Below are positions 12,046 through 24,334 of a DNA stretch of 64,000 nt, in pieces. Below the pieces are notes generated by a model. The model was not told the DNA's origin. It saw only the letters and a list, made by a program, of their open reading frames with translations, and did no database searches. Location of the stretch: NCBI GenBank assembly GCA_043228905.1, contig JBHGNT010000003.1:17608001-17672000 (forward strand), in the 5' to 3' direction. Source of the DNA: Azolla caroliniana. Its lineage: Eukaryota; Plantae; Polypodiophyta. Position 1 is the stretch's first letter, and every line of letters begins with the position of its first letter. The translations under genes were made by a program, and so were the position numbers.

Positions 12046-13840
12046 TGTGAAAGTTAATATGCGGAAGCTTTTACAAAACCGGTTACACCGGATAGCAACA
12101 AAGAATAAACACATGTTTAATGGAAGCTTAGAATAGACAGTACACGGGAGAGACTGAGAAAGCAAAATTGCATAAACTCAATTAAAAATAACAACACTCT
12201 GTACATACAATGTGCTCCGTGAGCACTTTTATACAAGTCCTTAAAAGGACTGATAAAAGTATTGACAAGTACTTCAATGCTCATAGGAGCGACTGACACT
12301 GACTCCCAAAAATATGCCAACGTACTAGGCTAGATTCGTAGGCCTCTAACGGCCTACTGATTACAATCCGATCCATCTCTTCGATCTGGCTCCTAGTTCC
12401 CGATACCATCTGGACACCGATCTAGTTCTCCGTTTCGGATACCGATACGGATCCGGTTGAGCTTGTCCGCTCAACACTCCCCCTCAAGCTCAACTTGAGG
12501 TCAAATCTTTGTGTTGGTGTTAGTGGCTACCAGTCTTTCCCTCCGGCTCCTCCTGGTGTCTTCCCGCCTTACTCGTGCTCCTCGACCCGTCCAGTTCCGC
12601 TTCCCACGACCTATCCGGTCACGCGCACCTCGACCTTCTCGGTCAACTTGTCTGGTCATAAGGCCCTTCTCAGCTCCCTTGCTATTGCGACTTCGACGCT
12701 TCTCGACACGTCGGTTCGTCCGTGTTGGTGTCGACTTCCGACGCCTCCTTGTCCATTTGGGCTTTAGTTGATCCGTCTCATACGAATCTAACACCTCTTC
12801 CGAACCGGGTGCTTCCGATTTGTTCCAGCTCTTGTCCGAATTGGTTGTCTCCAATTCGCCATCAACCTTCAGGCCCTTTACCACATCAGACCATGTCCGG
12901 GTCTTGGCCTTCTTGTTCTGATCGGCTCTATCCATATTGACTCTGCCTCCGTCACCGCTTGTTCCGACTTTATCGGATGTGCCAACTTCTTCAGTCGACT
13001 CAGCTTCCTTTTTCTTCTTGTCTCCCCCTATTCCGGTTGTCTCCGGCTTGGGTTCTCCATTTCGGCGGCTCCCCCTGTGTCCAGTCTTGACATTCTTGGC
13101 CGACCTGTGCACTTCGACTTCTTCAGTTGGGACGAAGTCGAAATTGGTTTCCGACTCAGCATTCAATCTTCTTTCTCATTCCTCCCCCTCAAGTTCAGAA
13201 TATCGAGGTACTGCACACCTAGTGCACCGGAAAATTGCCACAACTTGTCTAAGCCAAGGGGTTTGGTGAAGATATCGGCCACCTGCTGATCCGTCGGAAT
13301 ATACACCAATTCTACTTCGTCGTAGAGGACACGCTCACGGACAAAATGGTGGTGCACCTGAATGTGCTTGGTCCGAGCGTGAAAGACGGGGTTCTTAGCC
13401 AACTAGATGCTACTGAGGTTGTCGCAATAGCTCATTGTCGGATCGGATACCACCACATGCAAATCCTTTAGGAGCCTCTTGAGCCATATGGCTTTGCATG
13501 TGACGACAACCGCTCCTCGGTGCTCGATAGTGCTACTGTCGGCTGCTTCTTACTGCTCCAGGCGACCGAGGCGCTTCCAAGTGAAAATGCATATCCGGAT
13601 GTAGAACTACGATCGCTGGAATTTCCGGCCCAATCAGCATCCGTGTAGTCGACAAGGTGTCTAACTACACCGGTCCGATACAACAATCCCCTGTCCTTAG
13701 TGCCGCTAACGTACCTCAGTATTCAATGCGCGCACTGAAGGTGCTCCACAGTTGGATGGACCATAAATTGACTAATCAGTCTTATCGGATAGCTGAGGTC
13801 CGGTCGGGTGATGGTCAGATATTTAGGCTTCCGATTATCT
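12046..13840 (-). mobile_element. Copia group A 3' part (3' LTR 12046-12476, PPT, 3' extension ORF, RNase H)
   Basis: LTR very similar to 3337-3780; PPT ctccccctcaag at 12477; YTDADWAG..WSSKKQ and ARTKHIQVHHHF motifs. Confidence 0.9.
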
Positions 13841-13844
13841 ATTG

Positions 13845-14786
13845 GCTTGCAATCCATGCTAATGGTCGAGGAGAACCATACATGGTCAAAAAGTGTGACA
13901 TGTGATGGGAAATTTCCATATACACAAGGTGATCTCAGTTGAGGTCATGGTCGTGGAAATCGGGAGACGAATTGCCAAGCAAGAGGTGGACGAGACCCAC
14001 AATAGTTTAATTCAAGGCAACAAGAAGGTCGAACCAGTTGAAAGAATCCTAGTAGAAAGGGGAGCTTCCATCAACCTGCATCAACTCGGCAAAACCAACA
14101 AGCCGAATGTTGGCATTATGGAAATCATGGGCACTTTGAAGCATAGTGCTAGAAAAAGAAGAATGATTCGGCTACCTCACAATGGCAACAAACGAAGTTT
14201 GCAGTGATGGTTGGCCTAGATCACACGACAAGTCATCAAGAATGGTTCATGAGTTTGAGGGAACTGGAGAGACCCGACGTGGTGGAGGAATGTAAATATT
14301 GCATCAAGGACATACTGCATGTCTTGACAATCACAAAGAATTTGGTTTTGGTTGGCCAAATTGTTGAGCAAGAAATGTAAGCACAATTCAACAAGGAAGG
14401 TTGCTTCATTGAGGATAAGGGACAACTTATCACTCATGCAGGAAGAGAAGTTTGCATGTTTATCCTCGACGTAGCTTAGGTGAACACAACAATATATGCA
14501 AAGGGACTCAAGGTTGAGTCTAATATTGCATTCTGGCACAAAAGGGTTTGCCATGTAAACCTTCGTAAAATCCACTCGATGCAAACATAAAGATCTGCGC
14601 AAGGATTTCCATGATTTACTTCAAAAAATCTTGATAATGTATGTGAGGCAAGCAAGCTAGGCAAGCAACATTGGCATCTATTCCCAAGCAACATTGCATT
14701 CATGAACAAACCGAATGAGAAGCGGAGAAAACTTGATCCAAAGTCGGAGAAGATGATTATGGTCGGTTACTCACTTGAGAAAAAGG
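13845..14786 (+). mobile_element. Heavily deleted Copia group A gag/PR/IN relic
   Basis: Remnants of SHQEWF, VLTITKNLV, FWHKRVCHVN and RRKLDPKSEK, with large internal deletions. Confidence 0.75.
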
Positions 14787-16362
14787 TGTTGAGAGATCAA
14801 GCTCAACGTAGTTTAGTTAGTTAGTCAACCATATAACTTCGTAGTTACCTAGATAGAATCTAGTTAGAAGTTTTGACTATAACGACTTAAATAGGACCTT
14901 GTACTTAAGTAGGATATTCTAGATCCTCCACTCCCAAGGTCATTTAATATAGGACTTACACGGTTGTACCTATATTCTCCTTCACACATGTGCACCCTTG
15001 CACATGAGATCTATATATACCTCATTGATGGTATTTTTGTATTTGATGATGATGATGATTATGTTGCTAATTTAATATAGAGTTTATCATCCCCCATCTT
15101 GTGTTGTTCATAAGTGTAACTCTCTCTCTCTCTTCCTCTCACACACATACACACACATATCACATAATCTTCTGCTTAACTTAATCACATAATTAGGCAC
15201 TAATTAACCCTTAATTAATTACCTAATTATTAACATGGTATCAGAGCGTGTGGTTTAGAAAATCCACTAAGCCCACCTGACTCCGTGATTGTGTGTTCGA
15301 GACGCCGACTACAAAATCCGGCTATCGGCTACCGTAGTGCCGCTACGTAGCACATGTATGTGATCGAAGGAAGAAAAGAAAAAGGAGAGAAGACACTACA
15401 ATCAACATGAACACACAAATGGGTAGGTCACTCCCTAGTGAAAAGTTAGACTGGAGCAATTATTCATCTCGGGAGTACAAGATGACCCAATACCTTGTCG
15501 CACAAGGGTATTGGAGCTACATCAACGACACACAAGAAAATCGACCCGACTCGAAGAATGCCGACTATGCAACATGGGAGCAAGCGGCAAGTCGAGTCAT
15601 GTATTGCTTGGCAACATGTGTCCACAACCACATGCTTAGCCACATTCGAGACACCAAGACGCCCAAAGAGGCATGGGAGAATCTCAAGAAGATTTTTGCC
15701 ACGAATACGATGGCACGCAAGCTTCAACTACGGCAAGAGTTGAACAACATATGGCAAAAAGATATGTTTGTGTCGAACTACACCGCCAAGATCAAGAGCA
15801 TTTGCGACTCGCTTGGCTCCATCAACATAAATGTCGACGAAGACGAGATGGTTCAAGTATGCTTGGGCGGCCTCGCACAATGATTCGATCCATTATGGGC
15901 GGCAACCTTGGCGAGAGAAAACCCTCCTTCGTTCTTTAACCTCCAATCAATGCTATTGGTCAAAGAGAACCACGTCCGAACAAAGACCAAGACATCGGAA
16001 GGACAAATGTTCTTTTCGAATTCGGATGGTGGTCGAGGACGAGGTTATGGTGGTAGAAGAGGCCAATCCGGCCCATGACATGAAGGGAACTCAATCCTTC
16101 ACGGAATCCATCGAAGAACCTTCGGAAGAAGGGGGAGCTTCCACGCCGAACATGGTTGGCAAACGAGGCCCGCAACTTGCCATTATTACAGCAAAATCGG
16201 CCACTACGAGGCGGAGTGTCGGAAAAAGAGAAGTGAGTCGGCTTCAACAAGTCGACAACTCACAAACTACGCATCGAACTCCAACTACAACAATCATAGC
16301 GGAATGTTCACGAATCACGCATCGAATTCCGACTACGACGATCATAGTGAAATGTTTACAAA

Positions 16363-17612
16363 TGACAAGAACTGTACGCTCCTATACGTAGCGCTCGGCC
16401 ACAACCGAGCTTAGAATCATACATAGAAAATGGGAAATGAAACGCACGACACAAAGAAGAGACGAGTACGCAGGATGTTTACGTGGAAAACCCAAACTAA
16501 GGGAAAAACCACGGCAGTCCATAGGCTGCAAACTATCACTATGCTAGAATGTACAACAGTGAGTTCACGGAGGCAACGACCTCGTGCTCACAATCCTCGC
16601 CACAGGTGGCGGTTACAACAGAGGCAAATGACCTCTTTCTCTCTCTCTCTCTCTCTGTACACTGTTACACGCTATAATCTTGTGCAAAAGCAAAAACGAC
16701 AACAACAGTCTAAAAGCTTGCCCTAAGTCATATTTATACTAATATGACTTTTCGGCTATTTACAAATATAGCCTCGATGGACTCTCAGAAACATATTTAC
16801 GAATATGTCTCTTCATCCGGTGAGCATTCCTCACCGGGTCTGCACCATCCGGCTCTCCGTAGCCGGGTACTCCTCATCCGGTTCTCACCGGGTCCGCACC
16901 ATCCAGCTCTCCGTAACCGGGTACTCCTTATCCGGTTCTCATCGGGTCTGCACCATCCGGCTCTCCGTAACCGGATACTCCTTATCCGGTTCTCACCGGG
17001 TCTGCACCATCCGGCTCTCCGTAGCCGGGTACTCATCATCCGGTTTCGGCCTCGGCCGAGTTTGTTCATCGGCATTGTTTTTCTCCCTTCCCATCCGGAG
17101 GGACCTGTCTCCCAACAAACTCCCGCTTCACTCCGGCATGGGGTGTCTTACTAGACCGATCCTCTTCCGGCATGCGTCCAGCTTGTCGGGTATCAGCACT
17201 TTGGTCAGCATATCTGACCCGTTCTCGGCCGTGTGGATCTTCGTCAGTGCGAACTCCTGGTCATCTACTCTTTCCCGGATCCAGTGATATCTTCACTGGA
17301 TATGCTTCGTCCGGGAATGGTAGGCCGCATTCTTAGCAAGGTGGATGGCACTTTGACTGTCGCAATAGAGCCGGTATTCATCTTGCCGGATACCGAGCTC
17401 TCCGATGAAGTCCTTCATCCATAAGATTTCCTTGCCGGCTTCCACAGCCGCCATGTACTCCGCCTCTGTGGTTGACAACACAATCGTCTTCTACAGCCTC
17501 GACTGCCATGAAACAGCTCCCCCTGCATATGTCATTACATACCCGGATGTAGACCGGCTGGTATCCACATTAGCCGACATGTCCGAATCGGTGAAACCGT
17601 CCAGTTATGGCT
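16363..17612 (-). mobile_element. Tnt1/Tork-like Copia 3' end (LTR ~16363-17117, PPT, RNase H)
   Basis: LSTTEAEYMAAVEAGKE..CDSQSAIHLAKNAAYHSRTKHI; LTR ends cccaaca at 17117, followed by aactcccgcttc (PPT complement). Confidence 0.9.
16831..17046. repeat. Four tandem copies of a 54-bp unit in an LTR U3
   Basis: tcaccgggtctgcaccatccggctctccgtagccgggtactcctcatccggttc x4; produces the 18-aa periodicity seen in three ORF frames. Confidence 0.95.
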
Positions 17613-20186
17613 GAATGTTCATCCTCGATTCGAACGAGGTGAAATTGGCAATGTACGCTAAAAGTCTCAAAAACGAGATAAGCATCGAGTTATGGCACAA
17701 GAGAATCGGCCACATAAACCTCCAACGGCTTCGAGCGATGCAAACCAAGGGAGTCATCATCGGACTTCCGACATTCGAATCGAAACGAGTCGGCCGAGTA
17801 TGCGAAGCGTGTCAACTCGGCAAACAACATTGACTCCCGTTCCCGAAGGAGAGCCACGCAAGCAAAGGCCTCCTCGACGTCATACACTCGGATGTATGGG
17901 GACCGGATCAAATGCCGACGATCGGTGGATGCCGATTCTATGTCACCTTCATCGACGACTACTCGCACTACACGTGGATCTTCCCGATGAAGAAGAAGAG
18001 CGAAGTGTTCTCCCACTTCCAAAAGCTCAAGGGGCAAGTCGAGAAAGAAATTGGTCAGCATATTCGATGCCAACGATTGGATGGAGGCAAGGAGTGCTTC
18101 TCCGACGAATTCACCTCCTATCTCCAAAATGAAGGCATTCGGACAGAATTCTCGTGCCGACACACACCCCAACAAAATGGAGTAGCCGAAAGGAAGAATC
18201 GGCAAATACTCGAGGTAGCACGCACCATGATGCATGAGAAGCACATGTCGAATTTCTATTGGGCCGAAGCGGCATCGAGGACCATCCATCTCATGAATCG
18301 ATGCACCACTAATGGAGTGTATCTAACTCCATACGACCTCCTCGTCGGAAGGAAGCCGATCCTGTCGCACCTCAAGGTGTTCGGAAGCATTGCGAATGTA
18401 CGCATGCCGAACGAACAATGACAGAAGCCTGACGCGAAGTCAGAGGAATGTATCCTCATAGGATACTCGTCTGAGAAGAAGGCATACAAGTGCTACAACC
18501 CTTCTACCCAAGCAGTTCGGGTAAGTTGAAACGTAGTCTTGGACGAGTCTGCATCCTGGTACGCACCAGAGACAACTTCGACTCCGACTCCACTTCACCC
18601 GGAATTCGCCGAACAAGAGGTAGAAGATGGAGATCGCTTCGAACACATGTTCGAAGAAAGTCCAATTACGACAAAGCCTAGTGGGCCACAAGAGCCCCCA
18701 CGCGACCCAAGCACGTCACGGCCAAGTACAAACTTTGACAAAGGCAAAGGTAAGATGCCCGAATGTGAAGTCGATCACCCCGACGACAATGATTCGGATG
18801 TGTCAGCTCCGTCACTAGACAGTGAGTTCGGTGTACCCATCATGCAGACACCCGGAGCAAAGAAGGCGCTCACATCGGCGAGTGAAAAACTTTGACGCTC
18901 ATCTAGAGCTAAGAACCCCGTTGCACGGCTCGGTTACAACGAGTACATGGCCCATCACTATGCCTTCGCGATGAAGGTAGTGGCCGAACAAGAGCCCAAG
19001 AGCTCCACCGAAGCGGCTCGTAACCCACAAAGGGTGGAAGTAGTCGACCTTCGTCCACACACTACAAGCCTTCGTCAGCGGCTTGAGGAGGAGGAACCGA
19101 GATTGCCACGGCGAAGAAAGCCCAAGGCCGGACAGAAGCACACGAAGCCGACAAAAGACAAAGAGGATGTCAGACTCCTCACACTTGAGCTTGAGGGGGT
19201 GTGTTGAGAGATCAAGCTCAACTTAGTTTAGTTAGTTCGTCAACCTTGTAACTTCGTAGTTACCTAGATAGAATACAAACCGTTTGCCCTAAGTGTATTT
19301 ATACTTATACCCTGTATGGACTAATTACAAATGTAGCCACTGCTACTGCCATTCCTATTATTATCTAATATTAATAATAGTCTTACTAATCAGTCGACTC
19401 ATCCGTTGACTGTCGGGTCGGTCCGACTAGTCAGCACAACTAGCCGGTCGTGTCTTCGACCTCGATGAACTCTCTCTGAGTCGACTCCTCAACCGTCGGC
19501 TCTCATCTGACCAATTGGCTACTCCATGTCTTTGACTGTCGGCTCTCTTCGAGCAGTCGGCTCCTCCCATTGGAGGGACATATTCCTAACAAACTCCCCC
19601 TTCACTCCTGTGGGGAGGAGTCCATTATTCCTATCCTCTGTCGACAGACTTTGAGTCGGTCCATCGATAGGTTCTTTGTCACCATGTCGGATCCATTATC
19701 ATCAGTATGGATCTTCACGAGGGTAAACTCTCCTTCTTCGACTTTCTCCCCCAACAAGTGATACCTTCTCTATATGTGCTTGGTTCGGGAGTGGTATGCA
19801 GCATTCTTGGCTATATGTATGGCACTCTAGCTGTCACAATGAAACAAGAAATCCCTTTGCTTCATCCCCAACTCGCTGAGAAAGTTTCTCATCCAAATCA
19901 GTTCCTTGCCAGCCTCTACCACTGCCATGTACTCTGCCGCTGTGGTCGACAAGGCCACAGACTTGTGTAGTTGTGACTGCCACGATACTCCTCCCCCTGC
20001 ATAGGTCATCACGTACCCAGACGTGGATCTGCTTGAGTCTACATCCCCAGACATGTCCGAGTTGGTAAACCCTTCGAGCATGGGTTTTCCGACACCATAC
20101 TTAAGACACACACCCGAGGTGCCTTTTAAGTACCTGAGTATCCATTTCACCATTGCCTAGAGTTGTCGTTCACCATCACCATTGCC

Positions 20187-22955
20187 TAAACTTGACCCGA
20201 AGTCGGAGAAATGTATCGTCGTAGGATACTCACTGGAGCAAAAGGGGTACAAGTGCTACAACCCTTCAACTCGAAAATCTCGAGTAAGTCGAGATGTCGT
20301 TTTTGACGAATCCGCATCCCGGTACGCACCAGAGACAACTTCGCCTCCGCTCGACCCGGAATTTTCCGAACAAGAGATCGAGGATGAAGATCGCCCTACG
20401 CGCATGATCGAAGAAAGTCCGATCACGACCCGACTGAGCAGACCACAAGAGCCTTTGTGCGATCAAAGCACATCACGGCCTAGCCTGAAGATGGACAAAG
20501 GCAAGGCGAAAATGGCGGAATATGAAGACGATTGATTCGACGACGATGAATTGACTCACTCACTTGACAGTGAGTTCGGCAGCTTCGAGGTACCAATCGG
20601 AGCTAAGAAAGCCCTCATCTTTGCAAATGAAAAGCTCCGCCGATCCACTCGTGAAAAGAACCCCGTAAGCTGATTCGGCTACAACGATTATATGGCGTAC
20701 CATTACGCCTTTATGATAAAGGTAGCAACAGTACGGGAGCCGGAAACCTTTTCCGAAGCAGCCAAGGATCCGCGATGGATCGAAGCCATGAACGAGGAGA
20801 TGCAGACACTACGCAAGAACGAGATGTGGGATCTCGTTCCCACCTCACCACACAAAAAGGAGATCGGATTTAGATGGATTTACAAAGTGAAGTACAACGC
20901 CGACGATTCCGTCAACCACTACAAAGCGTGACTCGTAGTGAAAGGCTACGTCCAAACGCACGGAGTTGACTACAAGGAGACCTTTGCCCCGATGGCAAAG
21001 ATGACAACGGTGCGGACCGTACTTGCGCTTGCCACGGCGAAAGGGTGGCACCTCCATCAAATGGACATCAAGAACGCCTTCCTACAAGGCGAATTAGAAG
21101 AGGAGGTGTACATGATACAACCACCTGGGTTCAACTCGAGCACCCATCCTACAGTTGTATGCCGACTCAAGAAGCCACTCTACGCCCTCAAGCAAGCACC
21201 GCGTGCTTGGCATTCGAAGATAACGCAATATCTTCATCAAATCGGCTTCCGTATGTCAAAATCGGACAACTCCCTCTACATACAAAGCGATTCTGCAAGT
21301 CCGCTCGTCATCATCTTATATGTGGATGACCTAGTCATTGAAGGTGAGCATCTCGTCGAAATCAATAACGTCAAATCCCTCCTTTCCGACAAGTTCGAGA
21401 TGACGGACATGAAGGAACTCCACTACTTCCTCGGCATCAAGGTAATTCGGACTCCGGCCGGAATCATGATTTCTCAACGACACTACATCCTCAACTTGTT
21501 ATACAAGTTCGGTATGGCTAAGTGCAAATCTGTGGCAACCCCGCTCGATCGTAATCTCAAACTAGATGTGAACTCCGGCACCAAAGCGTGTGAGCCGACT
21601 TAGTATCGGCAACTCATCGAGAGTCTCATCTACCTCACGATCACTTGTCCCGATCTCAGTTATCCGATCTGTCTCCTTAGTCAATTCATGCAAACACCGC
21701 GTGATACTCAATTGGATTGCACTAAGCGAGTTCTACGGTACGTGAACGGCACAATGGATTGTGGCATCCTCTACAAGACCGCGATGCCAATACGCCTCGA
21801 GGGATACATAGATGCCGATTGGGCCGGCTACAAAGCCGATAGAAGATCAACCTCCGTATTTGTTTTCTCCCTCGGCAGCGGAGCAATATCCTGGAGTAGC
21901 AAGAAGCAGCCTACCGTCGCTCTTTCGAGTACGGAGGCGGAATATAGGGGCGCAACCGTAGCTGCGTGTGAAGCCGTATGGCTCAAGAGGATTTTGAAGG
22001 ATCTAGGCGTACCCATCAAGGATCCAACTTCCCGTTACTGCGACAACATGAGCAGTATCTATCTGGCTCGGAACCCGGTGTTCCACGCGCGGACAAAGCA
22101 CATCGAAGTGCACTATCACTTCATCCGAGAGCGTGTTCTGGCTGGCGATGTCGACCTACAACACATTAGCACCAATCTTCAAACGGCCGACATCTTCACT
22201 AAAGCCTTAGGAGCCAACAAGCTATGGCAATTCATGACCGATCTCGGATTGACGATCCCTGACCTGCCAAGCTTGAGGGGGAGTACTGAAGACACTACGC
22301 AATAACGCGTAGATTCCACAACCGCGCACTACGCAAGAACGCGTGGATTATGCAACCACGCAACAAAGCCGCGAAGAGCCGATCTACCATGCAAAGCCAC
22401 GAAGAAAGACACAAGTCGAAGCACAGACTTCGCAACTACGCACAATGCAAGCTGGAGCATGGATTCCACAACTCCGCATAAATGCGAGTCGACGCGGACT
22501 CCGGAACGCGAGTCAAAGCGGATTTCGGATACCATCTGAAACCGACTCGACTTGAGCTTGAGGGGGCATGTTGAGAATCAAGCTCAACTTGGTCTAGTGT
22601 GTGAACTCACCTTGAGAGTGAATAGACACTCCAACGGTCGAGAGTCACCATTATGTCACCTCTTTGTATTCTAGCATTTAGTATGAGTCATAGAATCATA
22701 TTCTATGACACATAAATTATGAGCTTTCACATTCCCCATGCTCCATGAGTCTTGTAGTTAATGAAGAGAGAGGGTGACTATATAAAGCACCCTCCTCCCA
22801 CCTTGTATTACGTTGAGTCTTTCTCCTTTGTCAATATACTTTTACCTTGCATATTCTCTGTGTTTCACTCTCTCTCTCTCTCTCTCTCTCTCTTACACAC
22901 ACACATAACTCACATCTCTTCCGCTTCACAAGAATCCATCTCTTGATTCTTTACA
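20187..22955 (+). mobile_element. Copia group A 3' half (IN tail, RT, RNase H, 3' LTR 22569-22955)
   Basis: RT 20938-21603 (QMDIKNAFLQG, LKQAPRAW, LYVDDL); RH 21688-22305; PPT gcttgagggggca then TG at 22569, ending ttaca at 22955; LTR related to those at 57380 and 62579. Confidence 0.93.
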
Positions 22956-24334
22956 TCAACTTTATTGGTAGCAAAAATACTTTTTCATTTTGCCAAAGAT
23001 AATTCCTTATAAATAAAAGGTCAAAGGATTGAACCTTACAATAAATAATGATGAATATTAAGTTAGAGGCGGTTTTCAAAAGTAGACAAAAGTAGAGAAA
23101 AAGATGGAGAGAAAAAAAAAACATGTGTGGATATGAGGAGCACAGTAGAGAAAAAAGCTCATAATTTCCTCGTCAGATGTCCAAATTAGAAAAGAAAAGA
23201 TGCATAAGAAAGCTAACCCAAAGATATTTCCAAGAATATCTTGCATGTGAAATTTGATGCTAGAAAACAGAAATAGTGAGGAAAAGAAAATTCGACTTAT
23301 ATAGATAAGTTTTTTTTAAGGGTAAAAGGCAAGCAATCCTAAACCTATAAATAAGAGCCTATTCTAGTGAAGAAGGGGAGGAGGGAGAAGGAACGTGGAA
23401 GCTCTACTCAATTGGAAGGCAAAAGAAGAAGGATCAATAACATCGAGAGACATCATTATTGATCAACAAAGAATCACCTTCTTCTATATTCCACTCTCTT
23501 CTTTCCTCCACCTCTCTTCCCCCTTCCTTTATAAATTATCTCTCATATTCATATCAAACCCATTGTAAAATTGATTCTTATTTTATAAAAGAATCTATTA
23601 TATTGTAGTAAACTAATGTTTCGTTTCACCTATGTGCCTTATATGTTATCGTGATTTGTGTTTATTTGTTTGTGTGCCTTGTGACAAGGGAGCGTATCGG
23701 GCTTGCCCATGCTCCTCTCCTTTCACAAAGGCATTCAAACTTACGTGTCTTATATGTTATTGTCATTTGTGATTATATGTTTGTGTGTCTTGTGACAAGG
23801 GAGTGTTTCGAGCTTGCCCATGCACCTCTCCTTTCACAAAGGCATTCAAACTTTCATGTCTTGCGTGTTAGTGCAAACCTTGCTTGTGTGTTCGTGTGTC
23901 TTGTAACAAGGGAGCGCTCGAGCTTGCCCATGCACCTCTCTTTTCACAAAGGCATTCGAAACTCTGTCTCTCGTGTATGTAAGTAAGCCTTTTCCTTCTG
24001 TGTTCGCGTGTCTTGTAACAAGGGAGCGTTCGGGCTTTGTCCATGTACCTCTCTTTTCACAAAGGCATTCGAAACTCTGTCTTTCGTGTGTGTAAGTAAG
24101 CCTTTTCCTCGTGTGTCCGTGTGTAATCCTTCCTCACGTGCATTTGTTCGCCTTGTGACTAGGGGTTGATTCGGGCTTGCCCATGCACCTCTCCTTTTCA
24201 CAAACACGTTTAAATACTCGTGCCTTGTTTGTGTAAGCTTTCCTTGTGTTGTCATGTGAGCCCTATTTCCTTCCCGTCCATAACCCTAGCGGTTCCGCCT
24301 CACGATCCGCACATAATGATGGATTTTCATGACA
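22956..24334 (+). mobile_element. Long LTR (probably Gypsy) with a tandem hairpin array
   Basis: TATA ctataaata at ~23346; ends ..catgaca at 24334, where host RT sequence resumes; five repeats of about 110-140 bp at 23670-24210; 5' end lost. Confidence 0.65.

Larger units (their letters stand above)
14787..19274 (+). mobile_element. Copia group A element lacking RT/RNase H, interrupted by a Tork-like fragment
   Basis: 5' LTR 14787-15235 (TG..CA); PBS TGGTATCAGAGC at 15236-15247; gag from 15407; integrase 17615-18540; PPT ~19191-19201; 3' LTR starts at 19202 matching 14787 and is truncated at ~19274. Confidence 0.9.

Noticed and set aside
12501-13166. env-like gene (SIRE-type)
   Set aside because: No hydrophobic transmembrane segment or signal peptide; highly charged
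16744-17287. ORFs with 18-aa repeats
   Set aside because: By-product of the 54-bp LTR tandem repeat, which is open in several frames on both strands
23670-24210. CRISPR-like repeat-spacer appearance
   Set aside because: Eukaryotic context, spacers are homologous to each other, no cas genes
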